Positions 29,954 through 39,048 of a DNA stretch of 57,205 bases are shown piece by piece. The first letter of the stretch is position 1. Each line of letters begins with the position of its first letter. This DNA is from an uncultured Myxococcales bacterium (GTDB taxonomy: Bacteria > Desulfobacterota > Binatia > UBA1149 > SPBQ01). A model generated the notes under the pieces. That model was not told where the DNA came from. It made no database searches and saw only the letters and a program-made list of their open reading frames with translations. The translations under genes were made by a program, and so were the position numbers. Location: positions 850 through 58,054 of the forward strand of contig CAYZHO010000003.1 of assembly GCA_964478045.1 (NCBI GenBank), given 5' to 3'.

Positions 29954-30712
29954 GTGAGAACGACCACCAAACAGGTTGGGGTTCTCGTCGCCATCTTGGC
30001 CGCGGGCCTCATGGCTTGCGTGGACCCGCAAGAGGTCAGCGACATCAAGGCCAAGGTTGACGAGATCCAAGCCCAGCAAAAGGACATCCTGGCCAAGCTC
30101 GACGCGCTCAGCAAAGGCCAGAAGCAGATTCTAGCCAGAGCTCCGGCAGCCGCCAGGAGGCCAACCGAGGACCCGAACAAGGTCTACGACATTCCGATCG
30201 GCAAGTCGTTCACGAAGGGACCGGCCGATGCGGCGGTGACGTTGATCGAGTTCGGGGACTTTCAATGACCGTTCTGCGCACAGGCCACCAGTTTGGTGGA
30301 CAAAATCCTCAAAGCATATCCGAACGACGTCCGGTTCGTCTATAAGAACTTCCCGCTGCCGTTCCACCGCAACGCGATGCCTGCAGCCAAAGCGGCGGTG
30401 GCAGCTGGCAAGCAAGGGAAGTTTTGGGAGATGTACGAAGCCCTCTTCAAGAACTACCGCAACCTGAGCGAGGACTTCTACATCAAGACGGCCAAGGACC
30501 TCGGGCTCGACGTCGAACAGTTCAAGAAAGACATGGAAGATCCGTCGACCCAGGAGTTCATCGCCGAGGAAATGAAGCAAGCCCGCGCGGCAAACGTGCG
30601 CGGAACACCGACCTTCTACATCAACGGCAAGAAGCCACCGGGACGCTCGTTCGAGCTCTACAAGCAGATCATCGACGACATCCTCAAGAAGAAGAAGGCA
30701 AAGGCGAGCTAG
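29954..30712 (+). CDS. DsbA-family thiol:disulfide oxidoreductase lipoprotein with in-frame TGA at the first redox Cys (candidate selenoprotein, UxxC)
   Basis: The two ORF-track pieces (29954-30268 and 30293-30712) are in the same frame and are separated only by the TGA at 30266-30268. Read-through gives TLIEFGDFQ-U-PFCAQ..VRFVYKNFPLPFHRNAMPAAKAAVAAGKQGKFWEMYEALF. This is the DFQCPFC Thioredoxin_4/DsbA pattern. The N-terminal lipobox is LMAC. Confidence 0.75.
30285..30299 (+). promoter_or_regulatory. putative bacterial SECIS-like hairpin
   Basis: CCACC (30285-30289), loop AGUUU, GGUGG (30295-30299). The apical loop starts 21 nt after the UGA and contains GU, and the spacing is comparable to the fdhF SECIS. 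The stem is short, so support is moderate. Confidence 0.4.
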
Positions 30713-30729
30713 GTCCTGGCGCGACGTTG

Positions 30730-30776
30730 CCGGCCGACAAAAAAGGCCGGGTGCCTCGAGGCGCCCGGCCTTTTTG
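30730..30776. terminator. bidirectional rho-independent terminator between convergent genes
   Basis: Long GC stem GGCCGGG(tGCC tcga GGCg)CCCGGCC at 30745-30770. It is flanked by AAAAAA (30739-30744) upstream and TTTTT (30771-30775) downstream. An additional CCGGCC/GGCCGG stem lies at 30730-30750. Confidence 0.8.
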
Positions 30777-30793
30777 CTTCCTCATACAGTCGA

Positions 30794-31951
30794 TCATCGA
30801 CTCCCGGCTACCGGCACGGTCTCCCCGGCCTCCGGCTGCGGCTCCCGCGGGTCGCCCGCGCTAGATCCGGGGATATGATCAAGCCGCTGCCCGTCGACAA
30901 TGACGTAAGCCGGCCGGTAATCCGGCTTGCGGAACCACCAGAAAAACGCTCCACACAGCGTCAGGGCTTCGGCCGCCCAAAAGCCCAGCGCCGCAGACAT
31001 AATCGAATGCGACGTGCCGATGTGCCGCGCTAGCAAAAGCGTTTGGACGATCTCCCGAACGCCCTCGCCGGCGATGGTGAACGGCGAAATAACGGTCGCG
31101 AAGATCTGAATCGTCGACGCGAACGTCACCTGCCAGAACGTGGCTCCCACCGCACCGACGGCCAGCGCCGTAAAGAAGTACATCGCCGCGGTCGTAAAGT
31201 GCACGACGAAGCTCTGAAAGGCCGCGTTGATCAGGATGAGCTTGTGGTCGCTGTATGCGCTTGCCGCCTTCGAAACGCGCTCGACAAACCCCTCGATTTT
31301 GCCGCGCGCCGGAAGCGGCACGCTCGTGATCACCCACTGCACCAAAGCCGGCCGGAACAAGAGGGTGAAAAAAACAACGATGACTCCGGCCGCGAGCGGC
31401 ACGGTAACCAGTTCCACCCGAGCGGCATGCTCGCCCAGCACCGAGACGCCGAAGGGAAGCGCCACAAGGAACGTGATAAAAATGCCGACAATCCCCAGCA
31501 CCTTTTCGATCACCGTGGCGGCGGTAGCCTCGACGGTCTTTCCGCTGAATCTGGCAGCGTCGTACAGCTTGTAACCGTCGAGTCCCACGGTCGAGGGCAG
31601 GAAGGTTCCCAGGAACCGCCCGATTAGGAAGCTTCCGACAATGTGCCAAAACGGAAGCACGATTCCCTGGCCGCGCAAGAGCAGGGTCCAGCGGTACATG
31701 CTCGCCACGATGCCCACGATCTTGATCGAGGTAGCGAGCACGATGAACCGCCAGAAGACTCTCATGTCGATCTCGGGCAGGTGCGCTCGGATCGCGGCAA
31801 ACGTTGTGATGCGGCTGCCGTCCTCGGCCTCCACTTTGTGCGTGAGCAGGAGGTAGAAGGCCCCGACCGTCAAAACGGCCTTGACCGCGGTCGTCAGGAG
31901 CGAGCGAATGCGTGGCGGCAACCGGCGCCAGCTAGCAGTGATGCCGTTCAT
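30794..31951 (-). CDS. flippase-like membrane protein (lysylphosphatidylglycerol-synthase TM region / UPF0104 family), second copy
   Basis: The ATG at 31951 gives MNGITASWRRLPPRIRSLLTTAVKAVLTVGAFYLLL...MYRWTLLLRGQG...FLGTFLPSTVGLDGYKLYD, then multiple TM helices. The 555-aa ORF extension to 32461 is Arg/Ala-rich junk that overlaps the divergent gene and is rejected. Confidence 0.75.
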   Translation of the reverse strand: MNGITASWRRLPPRIRSLLTTAVKAVLTVGAFYLLLTHKVEAEDGSRITTFAAIRAHLPEIDMRVFWRFIVLATSIKIVGIVASMYRWTLLLRGQGIVLPFWHIVGSFLIGRFLGTFLPSTVGLDGYKLYDAARFSGKTVEATAATVIEKVLGIVGIFITFLVALPFGVSVLGEHAARVELVTVPLAAGVIVVFFTLLFRPALVQWVITSVPLPARGKIEGFVERVSKAASAYSDHKLILINAAFQSFVVHFTTAAMYFFTALAVGAVGATFWQVTFASTIQIFATVISPFTIAGEGVREIVQTLLLARHIGTSHSIMSAALGFWAAEALTLCGAFFWWFRKPDYRPAYVIVDGQRLDHIPGSSAGDPREPQPEAGETVPVAGSR

Positions 31952-32117
31952 CGCGTGTTCGGTGAAGGACTCCGTTCGTTTCGAGCCGAGCTCGTCTCCG
32001 ATTCTCTTAGCACGGCCCCGGCAAGGCAGAAACCCCCGTTTCGGGCTGCGGCGGTTCCCTGCTAGCCTTGCGCTAGGCGAGCGCCGCTCCGGCGCTGGCT
32101 CGGAAACGAGGCAACAA

Positions 32118-33326
32118 ATGGCGGACGACGCGCTGCGGTACTGCACTCGCTGTGGCAAACGACTGCAAGCCCGAGCTGCCTTCTGTGCGGCTTGTGGAGC
32201 CCCCGCGCGCGGCCAGGCGGTCCCGGCGCAACCGCTACGCCTAAAGGCCTCGCCGGCCGGGCTCGTCGTTGCGCTCCTGTTCGTGGCCGCAGGAAGTGCA
32301 GCGCTTCTCAGCCAGCTCGGCGAAGCGCCGGCGCCCGCTCGGGCGGTGCCGGGATCGCCGGCGGGCCGGGCGGAGGCTCTTCCCGAGAATGTGCCGGCTG
32401 GACACCCGAGCGTCGAGCTCCCGGCCGAAATGGTAAAGATCATCGACGACCTCCGGCGCACTGCCGAGCAGGCGCCGGACGACGTCGAGGCTTGGACGAA
32501 GTTCGCGCGTGCCGCTTACCGAGCCGGCCGCCTCGACCGCCGGTACATGGCCGAAGCCGAGAAAGCCTTCGCCCACCTGATCGAACTTGATCCGGACAAC
32601 CTCGAAGCAATCCGCGGCCAAGGGAATGCGGCCTACGAGCGGCGCGATTACGCAGCGGCGGAAGCGGCGTACCGGCGCTATCTCGAACTCGATCCCAAAC
32701 ACGTAGGCGTGGCCACCGATCTCGGCTCCGCACTACTGTTCCAGGGCAAGCTCGACGAGGCGGTCTCAACCTACCGGAAGGTTCTCGAGCAGGATCCGGA
32801 CTTCGTACCGGCGCACGTCAACCTCGGAATTGCGCTTCACGGAGCCGGGCGCGTTGAAGAAGCGGAATCCGAATTCGAAAAAGCCTTGTCTCTGGCGAAG
32901 AGCCCCGAAGAAAAAGCCGAGGTGCGCCGCATCATCGAAGCGGCCCGCAGCGTGGCCGCACGGAGCAAGGAAAGCGGTGCCGCTGGGGCACACGCCGAGA
33001 CCAACGCCACAAGCGAGTTTCAGAAGGCGGCCGATGAGCTGCTCACCAGCCAGCCGATCTTCGGACAGCGCATTGCGCGCATCGATTGGACCGGACCCTC
33101 CGCCGCACGCGTGCTCGTTAGCGACTTCCCGATGGAGCAGATGCCGGAGGTCATGCGGAACAAGTTCAAAGCAAATCTGAACGGAGCGCTGTCCTCCTTG
33201 GCTGCCGACCACGGTGTTGGTTCCCCGATTTCCGTGGAACTCGTCGACGCTACAACTGGACGCGTTCTCGAACGCCTGGATGGCAAGGAAATGGTGGGAG
33301 CGTTCGACGAGTCGAAATACCAGTAA
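32118..33326 (+). CDS. zinc-ribbon / single-TM / TPR-repeat protein
   Basis: The ATG at 32118 gives [29 protein letters not shown] (CxxC...CxxC zinc ribbon). This is followed by a TM helix ([16 protein letters not shown]), about 4 TPR units (AY..G....[11 protein letters not shown]...) and a ~110-aa unassigned C-terminal domain. Confidence 0.7.
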   Translation: MADDALRYCTRCGKRLQARAAFCAACGAPARGQAVPAQPLRLKASPAGLVVALLFVAAGSAALLSQLGEAPAPARAVPGSPAGRAEALPENVPAGHPSVELPAEMVKIIDDLRRTAEQAPDDVEAWTKFARAAYRAGRLDRRYMAEAEKAFAHLIELDPDNLEAIRGQGNAAYERRDYAAAEAAYRRYLELDPKHVGVATDLGSALLFQGKLDEAVSTYRKVLEQDPDFVPAHVNLGIALHGAGRVEEAESEFEKALSLAKSPEEKAEVRRIIEAARSVAARSKESGAAGAHAETNATSEFQKAADELLTSQPIFGQRIARIDWTGPSAARVLVSDFPMEQMPEVMRNKFKANLNGALSSLAADHGVGSPISVELVDATTGRVLERLDGKEMVGAFDESKYQ

Positions 33327-33343
33327 GCCGGCCGGGTTTCGCC

Positions 33344-34150
33344 GTGGCTTCCAGCGCCCCCTACTACCTGCCGATAGGCGACGAAAAGGAAATCTTCCGG
33401 GCCGCCTTTCACGAGTCCCTCCCGGTTCTGCTCAAGGGACCAACCGGCTGCGGTAAGACGCGGTTCGTCGAACACATGGCGGCCGAACTGTTGGCACCCA
33501 CCCCGGAGCGTCCGCACCCGTTGATTACCGTGGCCTGCAACGAAGATTTGACGGCGAGCGACTTAGTAGGACGCTACCTGATTCGCGGCGACGAAACCGT
33601 GTGGATCGACGGGCCACTGACGCAGGCGGTTCGCAGCGGCGCGATTTGCTACCTCGACGAAATCGTCGAAGCCCGAAAAGACACCATGGTGCTGATTCAC
33701 CCGCTGACCGATCACCGCCGTATCCTCCCTATTGATAAGCTCGGCCAGATCATCGAAGCGCATCCGGACTTCATGCTCGTTGTCTCCTACAATCCCGGCT
33801 ACCAATCGATTCTCAAGGACCTCAAGCCATCGACTCGCCAGCGTTTCGTCACCCTCGAGTTCGACTATGCTCCGCGTGACAAAGAAGCCGAGATTATCGC
33901 GCACGAAAGTGGCATCGACATGGACACGGCCCTTGATCTGGCACACGTCGGCGAGCGAGTCCGCGAACTCAAATCGAGCGGTTTGGAGGAAGGGGTTAGC
34001 GCTCGCCTCCTGATATATGCGGCGCAGCTCATCCGGCGCGGCATGTCCCCGCGCAAAGCGTGCGAGGCGACTATCGTACGAGGTCTTACCGACGATCCGC
34101 AAACCCAAGAAGCGATCTCGGAGCTCGTCGCTGCCATCTTTCGTGACTGA
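33344..34150 (+). CDS. CbbQ/NirQ/NorQ/GpvN-family MoxR-type AAA+ ATPase
   Basis: [16 protein letters not shown]...[20 protein letters not shown] (Walker A), [13 protein letters not shown] (Walker B), then [23 protein letters not shown] and [10 protein letters not shown]. The length of 268 aa is typical of CbbQ/NorQ. Confidence 0.88.
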   Translation: MASSAPYYLPIGDEKEIFRAAFHESLPVLLKGPTGCGKTRFVEHMAAELLAPTPERPHPLITVACNEDLTASDLVGRYLIRGDETVWIDGPLTQAVRSGAICYLDEIVEARKDTMVLIHPLTDHRRILPIDKLGQIIEAHPDFMLVVSYNPGYQSILKDLKPSTRQRFVTLEFDYAPRDKEAEIIAHESGIDMDTALDLAHVGERVRELKSSGLEEGVSARLLIYAAQLIRRGMSPRKACEATIVRGLTDDPQTQEAISELVAAIFRD

Positions 34151-37100
34151 CTGGCTGAGCAGCCACCACCTGAGGCGAACACCGGAAGGAGCCGCCGCCC
34201 TCGCGAAGCTCGAGCGGCTCGATCCAGCCGTTCGGCGCTGCGTGGTGGCGGCCGGGAACCGCTTGGCCAGCTACTCGGCCACGCTCGCCCAGCGATACCT
34301 GGTGGCGGCCGTCGGTGCAGCCGAGGCCTTGCGGGAGCGCTTCGAAGAATGGCAGCGCACCGTAGAAGAGCTGTTGGCGCAGGGAGGAAGCGGGCCCCAT
34401 CTCATCGAGGCATTTCTCGGCCTCGATCCGATCCAACTCTGGACGGCAGCCCCTGCGGCGCGTGCCGTATGGTTGGAAGCAAGCAAGGAGCTCGCCGGGC
34501 GTTCGCGCCGGATCGGTACTGCCTTTCTGCGCAGCACCGGCCACTTGCTTTCCACCGCACCGGCGGCGAGCCCTGCTCTGATCGAAGGTATCGGCGCAGC
34601 GGCCAACAAAATCGAGCAGTCGAGCGGCTGGCGCGGCGAGACGCTGGCTGTGGAATTCATCGAAACAGTGGCGCGCGCGGGCCCGGGCCTCAACGCCGGA
34701 AGCCTGGATCCGCTGGCTCGAATGGCGGTTGCGCTCGGTGGGTGCGGCCGCGTGCCCCACTGCCTGCGCGTGCCGCCAACCCTTGCCACCCTCGCCGCCG
34801 AGGAACAGCGACACACGGTCGAACTCTCCCAAAAGCAGGCCGAGCGCAATGCCCCTAAAGGTGAGGCTTTGCTCGCAGCCATCTCCGACGCTCTGAGCCG
34901 CTTGGACCGTCCTCTCAGACCGCTGCTCTTGTCGATAGCCGACCGCATTTGGGCCGAAGACGGGGCCGTCGCGACTTTTCGCGTCCTCCCAGCCGTGTGC
35001 CATGAACTGCCAGCTGAGGAGCTCGGCGAGCTACTGGCAATCGCCCGCGAAGTCGCTGGGGTGCTTCCCGCAGCGGCTATCGCGTATTTGCGCGCGATGG
35101 ACCGAGCGCGGGAGCGTTCGGATCTCCGGGGAATCCACCGCTGGGCGGAGGCGGGAATCAAAATCGCCTCTAGAAGCCCTGAGGCAGCCGTCGCTCACTT
35201 CTCCCTGCGCTCGCGTACTTCCCACAAGCTGCTGGCAGCGCGCACTGCGGCCGTGAGCTTCGAGGAAGTCGAGCCGGTTCTCGAGCGCCTCGGCCGCATG
35301 CTGGCACGGGGCCGCCTCCATTTGAACCCGGCGCCAGGAATCTGGCTGCGCCCACCCATCCTGCCAGGAGACGAGCGGGCGGTGGTTGTGCCAGAACGGG
35401 TCGACCTGTGGCCCGAATCCGAGGACAATCAGCGCTTCTATAAGTTGATCGTGGCGCACGCGGCTGGCCGCTGGGAATACGGAACCTACGGGCTGCGCAT
35501 TGCCGAGCTCAGGCGCCAGGGCATCCCGCTCCCTGATGCGACTCCGGCGGACGGAAACCTCGCCGCTTTTCTCGAAAGTTTTCCCAACCCGCTTTTGGCG
35601 GCCGGTCTGTTCGTTCTCCTCGATGGGATCCGGATAGACGCGGCGCTCGCGCGAGACTTTCCTGGACTTGCCCTCGAGGCAAGGCGGCTCGGCCGGTCGT
35701 ACGCCGAGCGCCTGCCGGCGCGAGCGAGCGAGCGCAGCGGCGAGCGCCTGCTCGAGGCGCTGTTCCTTGCCTCCGTTAGCGCGGGCGAAGTGCCGGCACT
35801 GGGCCGGCTGCGTCCGTATTTGGCGCTGGCCCGCCAGGCACTGGCCCGCTTGAGCCAGCCTGAGGCGTCGGTCGTCGACAGCGTACGGTGGACGGTTTCT
35901 CTGTACGGCCTGCTGGCGTGGGCAAGCGCGCGCGCCGACGACGGCAGCGAACCTCCTGCCATTGTCCAACTCGGGGGCGCCACGTTCGTCGACGAAGGGG
36001 CCGCAATCGGATCCCAGGCGCCCGGCGGACCGAGCGGTGAGGCACCCTCCGTCCTGCCCGACGGAGCTCCCAACCCCTCTTCGGTTCCCCTCGAAGTGGG
36101 GGACCCGCAGGAGGAACCCGGCGGCGGGCTACCGATTTCACCCGCCGAGCTCAAACGCTTGATCGAGCAGGGGCTCCAACTGCGCCTATCGCAAGCTGAG
36201 GGCCGCCAGTTGGCCGCCCTTGGTCTGTTCGTCACCGACTTGCTCGGCAAAATGCCGCGAGCGGCCGCAGAGCAACTCCGAGAAGCTTTAGAGCGCGGGG
36301 ACGAAACCGGATTGCGCGCCTGGATCGCACGCCAGCGCCAAGCCCGCTTTCACCTATACGATGAGTGGGACTACCGCATCGGCGACTATAGGCACCAGTG
36401 GTGCCGGGTCGAGGAACTCGAGGTCGACGGCGACGGAGGCCGCACCTTCCGCCAGATGCTAGCGGGCGCTGGGGACCTGATCGCGCGCCTCAAGCGGGAG
36501 TTCCTGTTGATGCGACCCGAGCAGTTCCGCCGCATACGGGGCATGGAAGACGGGCGGGAGTTCGACCTGAATGCCGTCGTCGATGCACGAGTGGACTTGC
36601 TGCGCCGCAAGACTCCTTCGGATCGGTTGTACGTTGACCGCAGGCGCGAAGAACGCGACGTCGCCACCCTGTTTCTGATCGATATGAGCGCCTCCACCGA
36701 CGAACCGCTGCCGGGCGGGAACCGGAGGGTCATTGATCTCACCAAGGAAACGCTCGTGGTCATGAGCTCCGTGCTCGAAGAGATCGGCGATGCCTACGCC
36801 ATCTACGGCTTTTCCGGTTACGGGCGGCTCGGCGTGGAAGTCTACCGAATCAAGTCGTTTCGAGAACGCCTCGGCCCCACCGTCCGCGGCCGGCTCGGCG
36901 CCATCGAGCCTAGGCGTTCGACTCGAATGGGAGCGGCCTTGCGCCACGCAGCGACAAAGTTCGCCGGCGTTTCGGCAAGATCGCGGCACGTCATTCTCAT
37001 CAGCGACGGCTTTCCCCAAGATTTCGATTACGGCGACGACCGGACCTCGAACGTCTACGGGATCCGCGACACCACAAAGGCGCTCGAGGAACTTGAGCGT

Positions 37101-37256
37101 AGCGGTGTTCGTACGTTCTGTATCACGATCGACCCGGCCGGGCACGATTACCTGCGCGAGATGTGTCCGGCGTCCCGCTATGCCGTGATCGACGACGTTG
37201 CGCGGTTGCCCGAGGAGCTCCCGCGCATCTACCGAACCGTCGTGGCTCGGGCGTGA
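34143..37256 (+). CDS. CbbO/NorD-like von Willebrand factor A protein with ~650-aa helical N-terminal extension
   Basis: The GTG at 34143 overlaps the cbbQ-like stop (GTGACTGA). The C-terminal region has [20 protein letters not shown], then a VWA domain with [17 protein letters not shown]...ISDGFPQD. A Pro/Gly/Glu-rich linker lies near 36000-36130. The total of 1037 aa is larger than the usual CbbO/NorD. Confidence 0.75.
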   Translation: MTDWLSSHHLRRTPEGAAALAKLERLDPAVRRCVVAAGNRLASYSATLAQRYLVAAVGAAEALRERFEEWQRTVEELLAQGGSGPHLIEAFLGLDPIQLWTAAPAARAVWLEASKELAGRSRRIGTAFLRSTGHLLSTAPAASPALIEGIGAAANKIEQSSGWRGETLAVEFIETVARAGPGLNAGSLDPLARMAVALGGCGRVPHCLRVPPTLATLAAEEQRHTVELSQKQAERNAPKGEALLAAISDALSRLDRPLRPLLLSIADRIWAEDGAVATFRVLPAVCHELPAEELGELLAIAREVAGVLPAAAIAYLRAMDRARERSDLRGIHRWAEAGIKIASRSPEAAVAHFSLRSRTSHKLLAARTAAVSFEEVEPVLERLGRMLARGRLHLNPAPGIWLRPPILPGDERAVVVPERVDLWPESEDNQRFYKLIVAHAAGRWEYGTYGLRIAELRRQGIPLPDATPADGNLAAFLESFPNPLLAAGLFVLLDGIRIDAALARDFPGLALEARRLGRSYAERLPARASERSGERLLEALFLASVSAGEVPALGRLRPYLALARQALARLSQPEASVVDSVRWTVSLYGLLAWASARADDGSEPPAIVQLGGATFVDEGAAIGSQAPGGPSGEAPSVLPDGAPNPSSVPLEVGDPQEEPGGGLPISPAELKRLIEQGLQLRLSQAEGRQLAALGLFVTDLLGKMPRAAAEQLREALERGDETGLRAWIARQRQARFHLYDEWDYRIGDYRHQWCRVEELEVDGDGGRTFRQMLAGAGDLIARLKREFLLMRPEQFRRIRGMEDGREFDLNAVVDARVDLLRRKTPSDRLYVDRRREERDVATLFLIDMSASTDEPLPGGNRRVIDLTKETLVVMSSVLEEIGDAYAIYGFSGYGRLGVEVYRIKSFRERLGPTVRGRLGAIEPRRSTRMGAALRHAATKFAGVSARSRHVILISDGFPQDFDYGDDRTSNVYGIRDTTKALEELERSGVRTFCITIDPAGHDYLREMCPASRYAVIDDVARLPEELPRIYRTVVARA

Positions 37257-37272
37257 CGAGCGGCCGCACCGC

Positions 37273-38043
37273 TCAGCGGCTGCGTGTCACACCAACCCGC
37301 GGGCACCAGCGCGCCACGGGACAATCGCTGCATATCGGTGACAGGGGCTTGCACCGGGTTTGGCCGAATGCCACGAGGAGATCGTTGTACTCGATCCAGT
37401 AGCGCTGCGGGAGTTTGGCTCGAAGCGCTTTTTCCGTCTCCGCCGGCGTCTTGGTCCGCACGTACCCCCACCGGTTGGAAATCCGGTGAACGTGGGTGTC
37501 CACGCAGATCCCGGGCTTGCCGTATCCCGCCGTAACGACGAGGTTTGCGGTTTTGCGGCCGATGCCCTTGAACGTCAGCAGGGTGTCGATGTCGTCGGGC
37601 ACCTTTCCGCCGAACTCCTCCACGATCCGCCGTGCCATGGCTACCAGTTGTTGGGCCTTAGTATTGTAAAAGCCCACCGGGTAGATCGCTTTGCGCACGT
37701 CGGCGACCCTCGCTTTGGCGAGCGCGTCGACGGTCGGCGCAATCCGAAACAAGCGCTGCGCGGCGGCCGCAGTCGTTCCGTCCTGCGTCCGCAGGCTCAG
37801 AACGCACGAAGCCAACACCCGGTACGGGTCGCGCGAGGTCAGAGCGATCAACGTCACGACCGGAGCCCGGGCCTCCCGGTACGCCGCTCGCAGGCGCCTC
37901 AAGACCCAGGGGATGCGCCTATTGTCGATTCCGCCCCCGGCGCTCTTTCTCCCCGGACTTTCCAGGCCCCGCTCCGGCCGGCGTTGACGCGGTTGCTTCC
38001 CGTTTTTATCGTTGCGCGCCATGGCTCGCTTGCGTCTAGGCAT
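37273..38043 (-). CDS. nth: endonuclease III family DNA glycosylase/lyase with basic N-terminal extension
   Basis: HhH motif LLTFKGIGRKTANLVV, DTHVHRISNRWG, and a 4Fe-4S loop C-x6-C-x2-C-x5-C (CKPLSPICSDCPVARWC). The start is either the ATG at 38043 or the ATG at 38022. Confidence 0.85.
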   Translation of the reverse strand: MPRRKRAMARNDKNGKQPRQRRPERGLESPGRKSAGGGIDNRRIPWVLRRLRAAYREARAPVVTLIALTSRDPYRVLASCVLSLRTQDGTTAAAAQRLFRIAPTVDALAKARVADVRKAIYPVGFYNTKAQQLVAMARRIVEEFGGKVPDDIDTLLTFKGIGRKTANLVVTAGYGKPGICVDTHVHRISNRWGYVRTKTPAETEKALRAKLPQRYWIEYNDLLVAFGQTRCKPLSPICSDCPVARWCPRVGVTRSR

Positions 38044-39016
38044 CGTCGGTGTGGGCCGCCACGGGATCCGCTATGCACGCCATGCAGCCCGCGACGTGGA
38101 CGACATCGAACTCGTGGCCGTCTGCCGCCGGGACGAACGGCGCGGGCGCGAAGTGGCCGATGCGCTCGGCTGCGAGTTCGAACGCGATGCGCTCGAACTC
38201 GTGGCACGCCCAGACATCGATGCCGTCGCCGTGGTTACGGCACCGTCCCTGATCGAACGGATCGTCGAACAGGCAGCCTGGCATGGCAAGCATCTTCTCA
38301 TCGAAAAACCTGTGGCTCCGGACCCGGCCGCGGGAGAGCGAATCGCCGAAACCATCGAAGCTGCGGGCATCTACTGCATGGCTGGACATACGTTGCGCTT
38401 CAACACCGTGTGCCAGCGCTTGCGCGAGCTGCTGCCGGAACTCGGGCGCCTCGATAGCCTCGTTTTTTCCCAGCGCTTTCCTCCCCAGCTTTCGATCTCG
38501 TGGCTCGACGATCCACAGCAGTCGGGCGGAGGGAACATCCTCCACACCGGCGTTCACTGCTTCGATTTGATCCGCTTCCTCACCGGTGCGACGCCCGTCC
38601 GCGTCTCTTGCACCACCAGGCGCATTTATACGCGCCGGACCGAAGATTCTTTCGCGGCACTGCTCGAGCTCGACCAAGAGCCGGCGCTGGCCACCGTTTC
38701 GTGCTCGCGCTCGACCAATAGTCGCAACGGCCTGATCGAAATTTCCGGCGAGCACGGGCAGCTCGTCGGCGACCACGTGCTCAATACGCTGTACCGGCTT
38801 GGCCCGGACGGCTACCAACCGCTCGATCCGGGACCCCCGCGCCACACGGTATTGGAAATCTTGCGCCGCTTCGCGGCCGATCTGCGGGCTGAGCGGCCTC
38901 CAGCCATTCCCTACCGCGACGGTCTGGCTGCTGTGGCAATCGCGGCCGCCTGCTACCGGGCTGCTCGCTCTGGCCAGGCCGAAGCCGTTACGATCCCAGG
39001 ACCACCGGGTCTGTGA
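38021..39016 (+). CDS. Gfo/Idh/MocA family oxidoreductase
   Basis: MARLRLGIVGVGRHGIRYARH Rossmann N-terminus and the EKP motif (LLIEKPVA). An alternative TTG start lies at 38012. Confidence 0.8.
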   Translation: MARLRLGIVGVGRHGIRYARHAARDVDDIELVAVCRRDERRGREVADALGCEFERDALELVARPDIDAVAVVTAPSLIERIVEQAAWHGKHLLIEKPVAPDPAAGERIAETIEAAGIYCMAGHTLRFNTVCQRLRELLPELGRLDSLVFSQRFPPQLSISWLDDPQQSGGGNILHTGVHCFDLIRFLTGATPVRVSCTTRRIYTRRTEDSFAALLELDQEPALATVSCSRSTNSRNGLIEISGEHGQLVGDHVLNTLYRLGPDGYQPLDPGPPRHTVLEILRRFAADLRAERPPAIPYRDGLAAVAIAAACYRAARSGQAEAVTIPGPPGL

Positions 39017-39048
39017 AATGCGAACCGATCGGCGCTAAGATCGAATCA

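Noticed and set aside
30266-30268. Reading the TGA as a plain nonsense mutation, which would make the DsbA-like gene a pseudogene or two separate ORFs.
   Set aside because: - Not fully excluded, but disfavoured.
- The stop coincides exactly with the first Cys codon of the CxxC motif.
- Both halves keep an intact frame and conserved motifs.
- A hairpin lies at SECIS distance.
- The 30293 start of the second ORF would cut through the thioredoxin fold.
- It is kept as the explicit refutation route in the finding.
33344-37256. Using CbbQ/CbbO-like genes as evidence for a Calvin-cycle/RuBisCO activase system or a nitric-oxide reductase maturation system.
   Set aside because: - No RuBisCO, carboxysome, phosphoribulokinase or norCB genes are visible in the window.
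- Family membership alone does not identify the client.
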